From the NCBI GenBank assembly GCA_905250115.1, contig CAJNOI010000092.1, positions 304,789-321,955 of the forward strand: a stretch of 17,167 nt of DNA, read 5' to 3'. This document shows, in pieces, positions 1 to 10,299 of the stretch (position 1 is the stretch's first letter; every line of letters begins with the position of its first letter). The stretch comes from Adineta steineri. Its lineage: Eukaryota. The notes beneath the pieces are model-generated. The model had not been told where the DNA came from. It searched no databases and was given only the letters and a program-made list of their open reading frames with translations. The position numbers and the translations under genes were made by a program.

Positions 1-1365
1 ATCAGTTGTTTGCGTCAATAAATTTTCATATAATTCATTTGCTTTGTCAAATTGCCCTAATTGTATCATTAATTGACCAAGTCGATACCAACCATTATAA
101 TCTGAAGCTGTTTCTTCTTGTATACGTTTAGTTAAAGCATGTAATTGTGGATCAGTATCACATGTCGATGTTAAATCCACCTCCCATAGACATTCACAGC
201 CTTCAATTTGTTTGATTTGCCCTATGCGAAAGATGGAATGCATAGAGAAGAGAATCTCCTCTTCATCATTATAATAACTAATATGCTTAAGATTCGCGAA
301 TGGAGACGAAGATTTTAATGAATCGATAGTTATCGTAAAGAGAGCAGATAATTGATAAGTGTCATTTTTAGCACTCATAGCGAATCCAGTAGCTACAACT
401 TTATCGAGACTTGTCGACAAGAAATTGTTAAAGGATATTAATCCACCTTGTGTATTTTTCAATTTGTCAAAATCTTTCTGAGATAAAGCTTGACCTCGAT
501 ATACAGTAAACGAATTGGAACCCTGTTCTGCCGTGTACTGTTGTGAATGCAATGCGACAATATCATTCTGTAAGTCGCGAACAAAAAATCCCGATTTAAT
601 AATGAAATCGACTTGCATTTCACGTAATCCTCTGTTGATCATAGAACAAAGAGCACCGCTCTTCGTATACCACCAAATAGGTCGGTATTGATTATATTTT
701 TCAGATAGTTCTTTGATGGTCATAAGTTCATCGGGATCACAAACAGGTCGTTCGCGGTAAAACGTAAGAAAATCATCGATGTGTTCTTGCTTGAAATCTA
801 TCGTAAGTAGAATTTCCTTCAATATTTTCGAATACATAAAAGATGAGTCTAATGTATCGAGATCTGAATTCAAAATTTCGTCCTTTTCAATAAAACTGAT
901 AGATACCAAATCCTGGATACAATCTTGAGCAGTTTGCTTCAATGTTTCACAGAATTTTATAATATCGGTGAAAACCAACTGCACTTTGTACCATCCTTCG
1001 ATACACTTTTCATATTTTTCTTTATCTTCAGAATAAAGATAAATACAATGTACTTGAGTAATATCTTGAACAATAGGAACAATAGCTTGACATAATGACC
1101 CAGGAATTATCATAACTATTTTCTTTTCTTCGTCGTCGGTGATAAAATTGATACATTCATCGACATCAGTGAATGTATTGATAGTATTGACAACTCCATG
1201 CAGTTTTACAATAGCATTGCTATAAATATCGTTGTTAGGATCATCAATACTTTCGTATAGCCAAACTAAGTGATAATTTTGAAATGTTTGAGCATTACGT
1301 GATCTATGCGATCTTGTTCTCGAAGATTCATCAGATGTAAAAGTTGTTGATGATTTTTTGTCCAT
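1..1365 (-). CDS. ADP-ribosyltransferase-like protein with TPR-like C-terminal start (3'-truncated by window edge)
   Basis: The reverse strand is open for 455 codons from the ATG at 1365 (MDKKSSTTFTSDESSRTRSHRSRNAQTFQNYHLVWLYESIDD...) to the window edge. It shows ART R-S-E-like landmarks: FTVYRGQALS, GGLISFNNFLSTSLDKVVATGFA and YYNDEEEILFSMHSIFRI. This is followed by a TPR-like segment, DYNGWYRLGQLMIQLGQFDKANELYENLL. The ORF is missing from the supplied track, probably because it runs off the edge. Confidence 0.87.
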   Translation of the reverse strand, partial: MDKKSSTTFTSDESSRTRSHRSRNAQTFQNYHLVWLYESIDDPNNDIYSNAIVKLHGVVNTINTFTDVDECINFITDDEEKKIVMIIPGSLCQAIVPIVQDITQVHCIYLYSEDKEKYEKCIEGWYKVQLVFTDIIKFCETLKQTAQDCIQDLVSISFIEKDEILNSDLDTLDSSFMYSKILKEILLTIDFKQEHIDDFLTFYRERPVCDPDELMTIKELSEKYNQYRPIWWYTKSGALCSMINRGLREMQVDFIIKSGFFVRDLQNDIVALHSQQYTAEQGSNSFTVYRGQALSQKDFDKLKNTQGGLISFNNFLSTSLDKVVATGFAMSAKNDTYQLSALFTITIDSLKSSSPFANLKHISYYNDEEEILFSMHSIFRIGQIKQIEGCECLWEVDLTSTCDTDPQLHALTKRIQEETASDYNGWYRLGQLMIQLGQFDKANELYENLLTQTTD

Positions 1366-1589
1366 CGTCGCACGTTGTGTTATTTAGTAAACAAAACGGC
1401 TTCTATGTATAATGAATATTTGATTATAGTTTGTCTTTTCACTCAATTCTTTCTTTCTGTTCTGTTGCATGTGTGGTTATGAGAACAAGACGAATAAAAA
1501 AAAAGAGAACGGCACTTTATTACTAAATACATAGTTACACCAAAAGATGAAATATGATATGTAGGAATAAATCAAAATAAACTACTTGA

Positions 1590-1607
1590 GGGTGTGGGTG
1601 TGGGTGT
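1590..1607 (+). repeat. short TGTGGG telomere-like tract
   Basis: gggtgtgggtgtgggtgt: about three GTGTGG/GGGTGT units outside any coding region. Confidence 0.6.
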
Positions 1608-2161
1608 AGTAATGGATAAATATCGAAAGAGAAAACGTCGAAGAGAAAAAATGAATTAATCATTACAGACTGGCATGTTAACGCTGATCTGAAAAAAAGG
1701 AGGAATAGGGAGGATTCAATTAAAATTTTTTTGAGGTATGTGCTGCAAAATGGGAGGAGAAATGGAGAAGTCATTTTTTATGATAAAAAATGACTTGTAT
1801 GAGTTTTTTTAGTACGGATATTTGCTTCGGAAGACATCTAGTAATGGTTTTATAATAGTTTCACAATGTTTATTCATATCTTACAAAACAATAATGAAAA
1901 ATCAATCGCCTACGAGAAAACAATTATAAATCAAAACTGAAACATCTGATAAATCATAACAACAATCTTGTATGATTATTTCATAACAATGAAAATTCTT
2001 TTTCAAGACATTTTATCACTTTCATTTTTTGACTGTTCAGAAACTAATTTATTTTCCTTTTTTAATCGTTCATGTTCAGCACGAACTCGTTTTTGTTGAA
2101 TTATGAATACATTTTCGATGATTTTTGTCATTTCTTCGTCAATAGATTTCTAACCAACTAA

Positions 2162-2374
2162 AGTACGAACAACTAAAAGTCCGAGTAAAATGTTTGATTT
2201 TTTTCGTGTATTTTCAAAGAAAAATTTTTTTTTTTCAGTTAAACTTTTAGTCCATAGTACTAGAGTAAGTACTTTATTGAAAAGGAAATTATTCTGTGAA
2301 AGCGCGATTTTTTTTCTTTGAAAATACACGAAAGAAAACCAAACATTTTACTCGGACTTTTAGTTGTTCGTACT
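2162..2374. repeat. AT-rich foldback / MITE-like inverted repeat
   Basis: The left arm agtacgaacaactaaaagtccgagtaaaatgtttgatttttttcgtgtattttcaaagaaaaa (from 2162) is the near-perfect reverse complement of the right arm tttctttgaaaatacacgaaagaaaaccaaacattttactcggacttttagttgttcgtact (ending 2374). Arms are about 65 bp with a spacer of about 80 bp. Confidence 0.85.
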
Positions 2375-3021
2375 GTAGTATGGAATTTAGTCGAGTAAAG
2401 TGGTATTTCTTATTGAAATATTATAATCTGAAAATTTTTAAACTTTTAATGTCGAACATTTAGTGACTCTGCTATCAAAATAAAAAAAGAAGGCGTAGGA
2501 GGAAGTTTATAGTAAAAAAAGGAGCAAGAGGATATATTGTGGAAAAAAGGAGGAAAAAGAAGAGCATTAACCAGCCAGATTACAGACAAATATAATAGGA
2601 TGACTGAATGTATGATACATACCCAGTCTGATTTGCTCTGATCGTCAAATGTGTCTCTTTGTTCAGCTGATGTAATCATGTAAATCCAAGCACTGTTGAC
2701 AATTTTTAAGTCTTAAAAACTAAAAAAGATGAGATAATGTCAATTATAATTTGTACGCAATATATTTGTTCAATTAATAAAATCTATTATAAATTCATAG
2801 CGACTATTTCTTACTCATATTTTATTCGACATTTTTCTTTTCGATATTTTTTCAGTTATTCTTATTGGCGACCTCCTTTTCTTTTCTTTTCTTGATAATG
2901 TTGTGAATAACGCACGTGTTTATTCTATTGATACCTCGAAACAGTTATCTTTTTGTTTCTTTACTACCCATAAATATTTCGTCGATTTCTTTTTTCTCGT
3001 TACATATATACAATATATAAC

Positions 3022-3791
3022 ATGCGTTGGTGGTTAAAATCATTTGTGTTAGGTAGTTTTATTGCATGGATTATTTATAATCGTCTTTGGACATACCAAG
3101 TAAATTCATTTTTTTAAATTAAAATTAGAAAAGATTGATTTAGTTTTTTAATATATATATTTAGCTTATTCGAACACGTACAAAAGGTTTATCTTATATT
3201 TCATCTTCTTTGGAAAATAATACTGAACAATATTATTTTTATAATCGTTCACAACAATTAAAATCTTCATATTTTGAATGTGAAAATAGAATTTATGCTC
3301 ATGGTCCTTGTGGTAATCTTCAAATTTCACCATTAGAAAGACCTTGTACACCACCAATACATCTTCATCTTAATCAAACAGAATATTTTACACTTATTCA
3401 AGGTCAATTAGGATATCAATTAAATGATAAAATCTATTCATGTAACATTCATACATGTCCAAAACCTCTAATTATTCCACCTCAAACTGCACACACATTT
3501 TGGATGAATGATAACAAAGAAGATCTCGTTGTTCTTATTCGTGCTGAACCAGCGAATAGATTTAATGGACTTCGACAAGAATTTTTTGAAAATTTTGCTG
3601 GTGTTTTACGTGACGATTCTATTTCTATTTGGCAAATATTTGTACTTTTTGAAAATGCTCAAACATATCCAGCATCATTACCATTACCTATTATGAAAAC
3701 TATCGTTAGAGTAGGTGCTATTATTGGTCGAATACTTGGTTTTAAACAACAATATGAAGAATATACAACAACTACAGGCGAAATCAACTAA
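3022..3791 (+). CDS. Cupin-domain protein with N-terminal signal anchor
   Basis: Exon 1 is 3022-3099 (MRWWLKSFVLGSFIAWIIYNRLWTYQ, phase 0, donor CAA|gtaaat). Exon 2 is 3165-3791 (acceptor atatttag|CTTATT), joining in frame to LIRTRTKGLSYISSSLENN... Cupin motif 1 is HLHLNQTEYFTLIQGQLGY and motif 2 is PLIIPPQTAHTFWMND. The stop is TAA. Confidence 0.82.
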
Positions 3792-3993
3792 TTAATGAAA
3801 AGATATCTTGACAAGAAGGATGAATATAATGGGAAGATGAAATATTTTCAATAGAAAGCTTGAATAAATTTTCTTTATTGTATATAAATAAAAAAGAAAA
3901 CGATGGTCTATTTATTGTCCTGTATAGATATTTATTTTAAGACGGTTCAAGGATATTCAAACAAATCATTTGTATACGGTCTAAAGTATGACG

Positions 3994-4983
3994 TTAGTTA
4001 TTGTGAATAATGTGAACTGGTGCAGTTCGATTTGTGACAATAATATGACAAGTGAGATAATGTAAAAAATTTTTGATCAATTGTTTGAACTGTTTACGAA
4101 GTGATGGAGAAACTACCATGTAGATATAAAAGTTGAATACATAACCTATATAGCTAAGCACTCCAGTAATCGTAAGAGCAACATTTTCTTCTGCTTGTCG
4201 AAGAGTACTTTTCTGTGTGGACATGGTTAGTAAATTGTAGATGGTCTGTGTTGTATATGCAATTGTACCAATTAAAACAAAAAAAGCTTGAGCACTGACC
4301 ATTTGTGTCAATTGCTGTTGAACTTGTGTTCGCATTTGTCTTTGATGAAGGTATTTGATATTAGCATAGGCTAAGGCAGCAAAGACAATCATAATGAAAG
4401 TAGGAATAATGCCAAGAAGAAATGGTGTAACAAAGTAAGTGATGTAGTTTCGATAGATTACACTATTGGAAATCGAACATGAACTGATATTAGTAGTTTT
4501 GGAAACGTTAATTTGATTATAGATAATCAGTGGTAAACTGTGTAAAAACGACAGAAAAAATGTCAACGAGACCAAACGACGTGCTGTTTGTACTGTGGAA
4601 AACTGACGAAGACGAGCATTGCTTGATGTCGATAAGTATTGATCCATCATTGCCCAAGCAGTACAAAGTAGAGAACCAAGAGAGGAGAAGTGCCCAATAT
4701 ACTGTCGTAGTTTGCACCAGACTAATGATGTTGATGATGGATCCAAAATAAAATTTGGCAAAAAAATGCGAGAGAGAAACGAAGAATTAAGTAATGCTAA
4801 ATTACCGATAGATGATGCTAAAAGATAAATAGACGATGGATTCTTTCGTAATCTTTTCATCGAAAGAAACATCAATAGACATAAAACGTTGCTTAATAGC
4901 CCAGAGATATAAAAAAATGAAGCAACATATAGATTTAGTTGTTTGCTGATGTAATTTAAATAGATGACGGTTGTAGAGGACAT
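3994..4983 (-). CDS. Seven-transmembrane receptor (rhodopsin-like GPCR), intronless
   Basis: Complete 329-aa ORF with about seven hydrophobic segments. It has a TM1-like GLLSNVLCLLMF, a D-Q-Y motif at the TM3 end (WAMMDQYLST) in place of DRY, and a TM7/helix-8-like FNFYIYMVVSPSLRKQF. Confidence 0.82.
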   Translation of the reverse strand: MSSTTVIYLNYISKQLNLYVASFFYISGLLSNVLCLLMFLSMKRLRKNPSSIYLLASSIGNLALLNSSFLSRIFLPNFILDPSSTSLVWCKLRQYIGHFSSLGSLLCTAWAMMDQYLSTSSNARLRQFSTVQTARRLVSLTFFLSFLHSLPLIIYNQINVSKTTNISSCSISNSVIYRNYITYFVTPFLLGIIPTFIMIVFAALAYANIKYLHQRQMRTQVQQQLTQMVSAQAFFVLIGTIAYTTQTIYNLLTMSTQKSTLRQAEENVALTITGVLSYIGYVFNFYIYMVVSPSLRKQFKQLIKNFLHYLTCHIIVTNRTAPVHIIHNN

Positions 4984-6066
4984 GTTTGCTTATCGTTTCA
5001 ATATTTGACTGACGTTAATATAGAAAACTGAGCGTGTTTTAATAGTTTTATCAAGTAATGGAAATGCGTAACTCCTTCGCTTTATATAATTCAATAAAGA
5101 ACATTAATGAGTTCATTAATTTACTTCATCGCCAGAAAGTTATACGAAATATAATAAGACACAGTGTGTGTTCATACTATTTTTTGCACGTATCTCCATC
5201 TGTGAATATCTATTGAAAATATAACAAATTACAATGATCATTAGTGAGTATTATCTCATACGCAATTCTTCGATGAACGATGAGTACATATAATCTACTG
5301 ATTGACTTACACTCAAAAATTACAGTACAATCTTATGGAATACATATAGTTGAATGAATGAACACGTGGACAGAGAAGAGGAATGATTAATCCTTATCTT
5401 TGAACATAATTGATAACAAATAACAATTGTAATGGACAGCATCGAAAAATGAGTGAATCATTGAGATTTTTATCCAGCCATTAGATAATACCATCGGTTT
5501 GACAACTTTACATATCTTATAAAGGTTGTAGTATTCTGCTAATGATCATGAATCAATCAAGCACAAAACATTTCAATATGTTTTTTTAAATGACACATAT
5601 GGTTGCTATTTTATCTTTTATCTAAGTAAAATTCAATGGTAATCTGTTCTTTATAACAATGTGATAAAAATACAAGTACGAATACAGAAATTCTGAATCT
5701 ATTTATCTAATAATAAAAAAGTAATATACATTATTGGTGTGCATAGACATATATTGTTATTTATATCATTTTCATATGGATTGTAATTCAAGTTAATTAT
5801 TTATTCTCTAATAGACAACGTCTTTTTAAGTTATGAAAAGCTTAACGAGATCTCAATACATCTGAATATTCATTTCTTAATTACTCTCATGGTAACCGTA
5901 GTTTCTGATTATTGTATATGAATCATTTCTCTTCTTCTCTTGTTCTTGACTGTTCTTTTGTGTGTTCTGCTTATAAGACTTGTATTGACAGAAGTGTTAA
6001 ACAAAATAAGTTCAACAACAATAAAAAAAAAATGAGCGTCTATTTGTAGCTTTTCTCGTCGTTTAC

Positions 6067-6084
6067 AGAGAGAGAGAGAGAGAA
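6067..6084 (+). repeat. (GA)n microsatellite
   Basis: gagagagagagagagaga directly preceding an A-rich tract. Confidence 0.7.
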
Positions 6085-6202
6085 AAAAGAGAAGTATACT
6101 TCTTATTATAAAGTGCATAAACTATTTTTTCTTGGTAACGAGCGGACGGTAACATTTGGTTAATTTTCATCGGTATTACTAAATACATACATATACATAA
6201 CT

Positions 6203-6850
6203 ATGTCGGATGAACAATTGAACAATATGGGTCCAGTTATGGTTTGTTGATAGATAATTGAAATGTTTAAATGAATTATACTTATATCTTTTTTTTCTAG
6301 GATGCGACACCTGAAATTCAAGCACTAAGGTATATCATTTATCATACAATTACATATACTTATATCATCACTTTTTGTTTTTTAAACAGTGAACGTCCAG
6401 AAATAAGAGATGCTGCGATCGATGCTTTACATAAGAAACATCGTGAGAATCGTGTACATCACTTTACTGAAGCACACCGGGAAAAACATATAAATAATTG
6501 GCAGTGAGTTACTCTGCATTGTTTTTAATTCTATTTCTCGAAATCGACGTATAGAGTAACAAAATATGCTGAAGAACCGGTAGCTTATGGCGTCAATTAT
6601 TTTATGAAAGTATCTATTGGTGATGATTTATTTATTCATATTCGTGTTCATCGGCAAGAACACCAGAATGTATATGATTTTTATTCATTACATGAAACAT
6701 TTAAACATAATGAGGCAACATGCATCTTTACAGAAGGTATATGAAAAATTTAATTAGAAAGAAAGTTAAAAATTTCTTCTTTTTTTTTTAGCTGATCCAT
6801 TAACATATTTCAATTACTAAAATTAGTCGATCCATCACCAAAATTATGAA
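6203..6850 (+). CDS. Stefin/cystatin-like protein, five exons
   Basis: Exons are 6203-6241, 6301-6329, 6390-6503, 6555-6736 and 6792-6850, all with GT/AG boundaries and compatible phases. The assembled protein is MSDEQLNNMGPVMDATPEIQALSERPEIRDAAIDALHKKHRENRVHHFTEAHREKHINNWQVTKYAEEPVAYGVNYFMKVSIGDDLFIHIRVHRQEHQNVYDFYSLHETFKHNEATCIFTEADPLTYFQLLKLVDPSPKL*. This matches the cystatin pattern ..VVAGxNYFxKVxxGD..(h)hRV......LTYF. It is absent from the ORF track because every exon is short. Confidence 0.75.
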
Positions 6851-7193
6851 ATGACTATCGCTTCGCACACTATCTCGTATATTACTATTTCATTTAAATA
6901 AATATATCCATATTTTTACTATTAACAACAAATATTGTTTGTATAGTTACTCGGAGAAAAGCTGATTAGCGCAGCTTGTTTTAAGCTTAAATTTAGTAGT
7001 TCTCATATCTTTTTCTTAGCGAGAAGAAAACAAAGCAAAAGCATTAGTATCAGTTCATCATATATTTGATTAATAACAAGAATAAATTATTTCAATTGTC
7101 TTTTTTATTTATAATACTAATGTTGCATACACTAAACAATACTATATGAAATCAAACAGTTTATAAAGTCACGGATGAAAGTGACATTTTTAA

Positions 7194-9174
7194 TTAATAG
7201 CGTACGAATTTTTGAATGCGATTGTTATTGGTATCAGCTACATATAAATTAAGTTGACTATCCAATGCTAAACCATATGGATTATACAGATGAGTAGCAT
7301 TGGAACCTTGTGAGTTGGTGACACCGGCAATCGTTGAAGCAATCGATTGATTTGATGGATAGAATTGAATTCTATGATTAAATGTATCTGCAACATACAT
7401 GTTTCCCATTGGATCAAGTGTCGTTCCAATAGGATAATGAAGAAGTGTAGACGTAGTACCAGCTAATGAATTTAAACTACCAGCAAGTAACGTCCACTTA
7501 CTATCACCTATTGTCCATCGAACAATATTGTTCGCTAAATAATTATCAATGATTAGACTATTCGATAATGCGTCGAAATAAACAGTTGCAGGATAATATA
7601 ATTGTGTATTATTTTTACCACCACCATTCCCACCAGCAACTACAGTTCCAAAAGTTGCATTTGACAGGTAGCTCATTATCCTGTGATTGTCATAATCTGA
7701 TATATAAAGTGTATCTGAAATCGGGTCTCGTGAAATTCCACATGGTATTTGCAATGCATTGTTTGTAGTACCAGCAGTACCTAAAAAGATAAAGATTTAT
7801 TATTTATTTGATTAACTATCTTCCTTGTTTACTCACCAGTGCCAGCGATTAATGTTCCTGAAATAGCATTTTTAGGCCAAAAAAGAACTCTTGAATTAGC
7901 GGCATCTACTATGTAGAGATTACTATTTGAATCAACGATAATACCAGCAGGTTGGGTCAACTGATTTAAACCTACACCCGGTGTACAATTTGTATTTCCG
8001 GCAACCGTTGATCCGTTCGATGCTCCTCTAAGCCAGGATTGAACCCTATTACATCCGTTATCGGTAATATAAAGTGTATTATCATAATCGATTGCTAAAG
8101 TAAATGGATTAGTTAAACGATCAGCAGCAGCACCAGGTAGTCCCGTAATTCCTGCAACCGTGGTGCCAACTGGATTCCAACGTAATACAGCGTTAGTAGC
8201 TATTTACATAAAAACAAGGAAATTTACTTAACTGTCTTTATTCGTATTATATCTTACGTTTAATTTTTGTTGTTTTTGACTTTGTTAGAATTATCGTAGG
8301 AACTATAATAACAGTTATTAACAATAACAAACCAATTATCAGTGACAAAAGTATACATAAAGGTGAACATCTATAAAAAAAGTCACAAGAAATATATATG
8401 GTTATACGTAAAACGATGAATTACTTTTTCTTTTTCTTTTCATTTGGATGACGGTGATGGTCTTTTGTGACATCAAAACGATTAGATGATGAATATAATG
8501 ACTAAATTTATTCAACAAGTAATATAAGAACGAGAGAAAAAGTTTTAAAAGTGTGAGATTATTAAGAATCCCTCAAGTATGAATAGTCTTCAAAATCTAT
8601 CCTAGAACTATCATGATTCAATAAACTTTCAATTTACTTTAGTGTCTATCAATTTTAAACTATTAACTGTTTTCGTTGAATGAGCATCAAATTGTGGTGT
8701 AACTCGATTTGAATGATCATATCTCCATTTGTTCTGACTTAACTAGGATAAAAAAGAGAAGGAAATAAAAAAATCATTTCTTACAAATTAAAAGTAATAC
8801 TTGTGAAACAGATTCATAATCTTGTCGAAGACTAGTTAGACTCATAGAACGTCTTGGTTTTATTGATTGTTCAATAGAGTATTCAGTTCGAGACAATTTT
8901 TCAATTTGATGAGAAGTAAAAGCTGATACTGGATGTATACTGTTATGATATTTTAACGAGCTTTTATCTGTAAGAGGATCTTTATTTATTTGTCGAATGG
9001 ATGTATGAATTATAGTGCTAGATTGAGATCCAATTGTACTTAACTCATGTTGCTAAATTAAATATCGGTAAAAATTTAGAAAAATTTGTCTAATAAATTT
9101 ACTTTATTTTTCAAAGATCGATGACGACGTTGAAGTTTCTTAACTACTGGTCGATGTTGTCTATCGTTAATCAT
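7194..9174 (-). CDS. NHL-repeat beta-propeller protein with a transmembrane segment (type II-like topology), multi-exon
   Basis: The 3' exons 7194-7780 and 7837-8199 encode repeated NHL-like blocks: NPFTLAIDYDNTLYITDNGCNRVQSW, QPAGIIVDSNSNLYIVDAANSRVLFW, IPCGISRDPISDTLYISDYDNHRIMSY, YPIGTTLDPMGNMYVADTFNHRIQFY and NPYGLALDSQLNLYVADTNNNRIQKF. The exon at about 8258-8370 encodes a transmembrane segment (CSPLCILLSLIIGLLLLITVIIVPTIIL). Candidate 5' exons are about 8425-8501, 8638-8742, 8801-9052 and 9103-9174 (ATG at 9174). The phase across the 8425-8501 exon could not be fully reconciled by hand, so the 5' model is tentative. Confidence 0.78.
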
Positions 9175-9753
9175 GATTTTACTTAGATTTAAAACAAAGT
9201 TTTGTTAATATTCTTCTAACATATATTCTTATATAGGAATGATTTTTTTTTGAATGAGATGCATCATTTATAACAACGAAAAAAAAAATAATTAAATTTC
9301 TTTTTAATAATGTTTGTTTGGAATGGGTTTCTGTGTTTTTTTATTTATTTATTATACAACGGAATAGAATGAAAAAGAAAGGACTGGATGAAGTTCGAAT
9401 CAGTTCATTTTCTTTATTCAACACGAAATTATATATACGCACATGCAATTAAAATCTTTAATAATGCATGAAACTTAACTAAACTATTTAGATAAAATAT
9501 ATATAGATTATTGAATTTTATTTAATGAAATATTTTCTGTAAATATATATATATAGGACTTACTTTCAGAAATTTCTGTTGATATTCCAGTGCATATTCG
9601 ATCAACTACGAATAAAAGCCATACAATAGATTGAATTATAGTGATAGAGTTTTACTGTACTTTGTTCGCTTGGAGGTCAACAGTATGATGATTAATAAAA
9701 CTCCTTATGTCAGTATTGATTTGATCAACGATAATGAATAATAACGTGAAGAA

Positions 9754-9816
9754 AGGGTGTGGGTAAGGTATGTGACGGGTATAGTATACTGGTACCCACA
9801 CTGGCACCTACACCCG
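9754..9816. repeat. short imperfect foldback of telomere-like G-rich and C-rich blocks
   Basis: gggtgtgggtaaggtatgtgacgggta ... ggtacccacactggcacctacaccc, i.e. a G-rich block followed by a C-rich block. Confidence 0.6.
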
Positions 9817-9840
9817 CGTGATCTACAACTTTCAGAAGGG

Positions 9841-10205
9841 ATATTCATTGGTAAATGTGGTGAGGTAATTTATTTTGCTGATTCATCTGGTGATACAGTT
9901 CAGAAACTTCAATAAAAACCATGTTTGGTTAAAGGAAGATCTGATACTTTTCGAACTGGTCTGTCTAATCCACAAGATATCATTATGGATCAATGTGGAA
10001 AACTTTACGTGATTGAAATAGATACTGCGATGATTGGGTTCAAGTGATCATAAATGGAGTAAACATAAGTTTTAAGGATCAAAATACTTCTTTAAAGAAA
10101 TCAGTTAGTCTGGGGATAGATTTAAAAAATAATCTTTATGTGACGGATCGATTCAATCATCGAACTCTTAAGTTCCCTTTCGCATCTGGGGATCTTTTAT
10201 TCAAA
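9841..10205 (+). pseudogene. Decayed NHL-repeat gene fragment
   Basis: The + strand reads IFIGKCGEVIYFADSSGDTVQKLQ*, then KPCLVKGRSDTFRTGLSNPQDIIMDQCGKLYVIEIDTAMIGFK*, then (ORF 10044-10445) VSLGIDLKNNLYVTDRFNHRTLKFPF. These are NHL-like units broken by in-frame stops. Confidence 0.65.
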
Positions 10206-10283
10206 ATTAAAGGTTTTTCTAAGACCAAAGATAGAATTTGTATGTTGATTTCTTCTTCGTTCCAAATTCAAATAGTCATCAAC

Positions 10284-10299
10284 GCCCACACCCACACCC
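10284..10299 (-). repeat. short CCCACA telomere-like tract
   Basis: gcccacacccacaccc, the reverse-strand equivalent of gggtgtgggtgtgggc. Confidence 0.55.

Noticed and set aside
1535-2679. ORFs 1535-1774 and 2446-2679 on the minus strand
   Set aside because: Low-complexity Phe/Leu/Ser/His-rich translations with no recognisable domain and no supporting splice structure.
3508-3696. 62-aa ORF inside the cupin gene
   Set aside because: Alternative-frame shadow of the cupin coding exon.
4517-4751. ORFs 4517-4717 and 4530-4751 overlapping the receptor
   Set aside because: Alternative-frame or antisense shadows of the intact 329-aa GPCR ORF.
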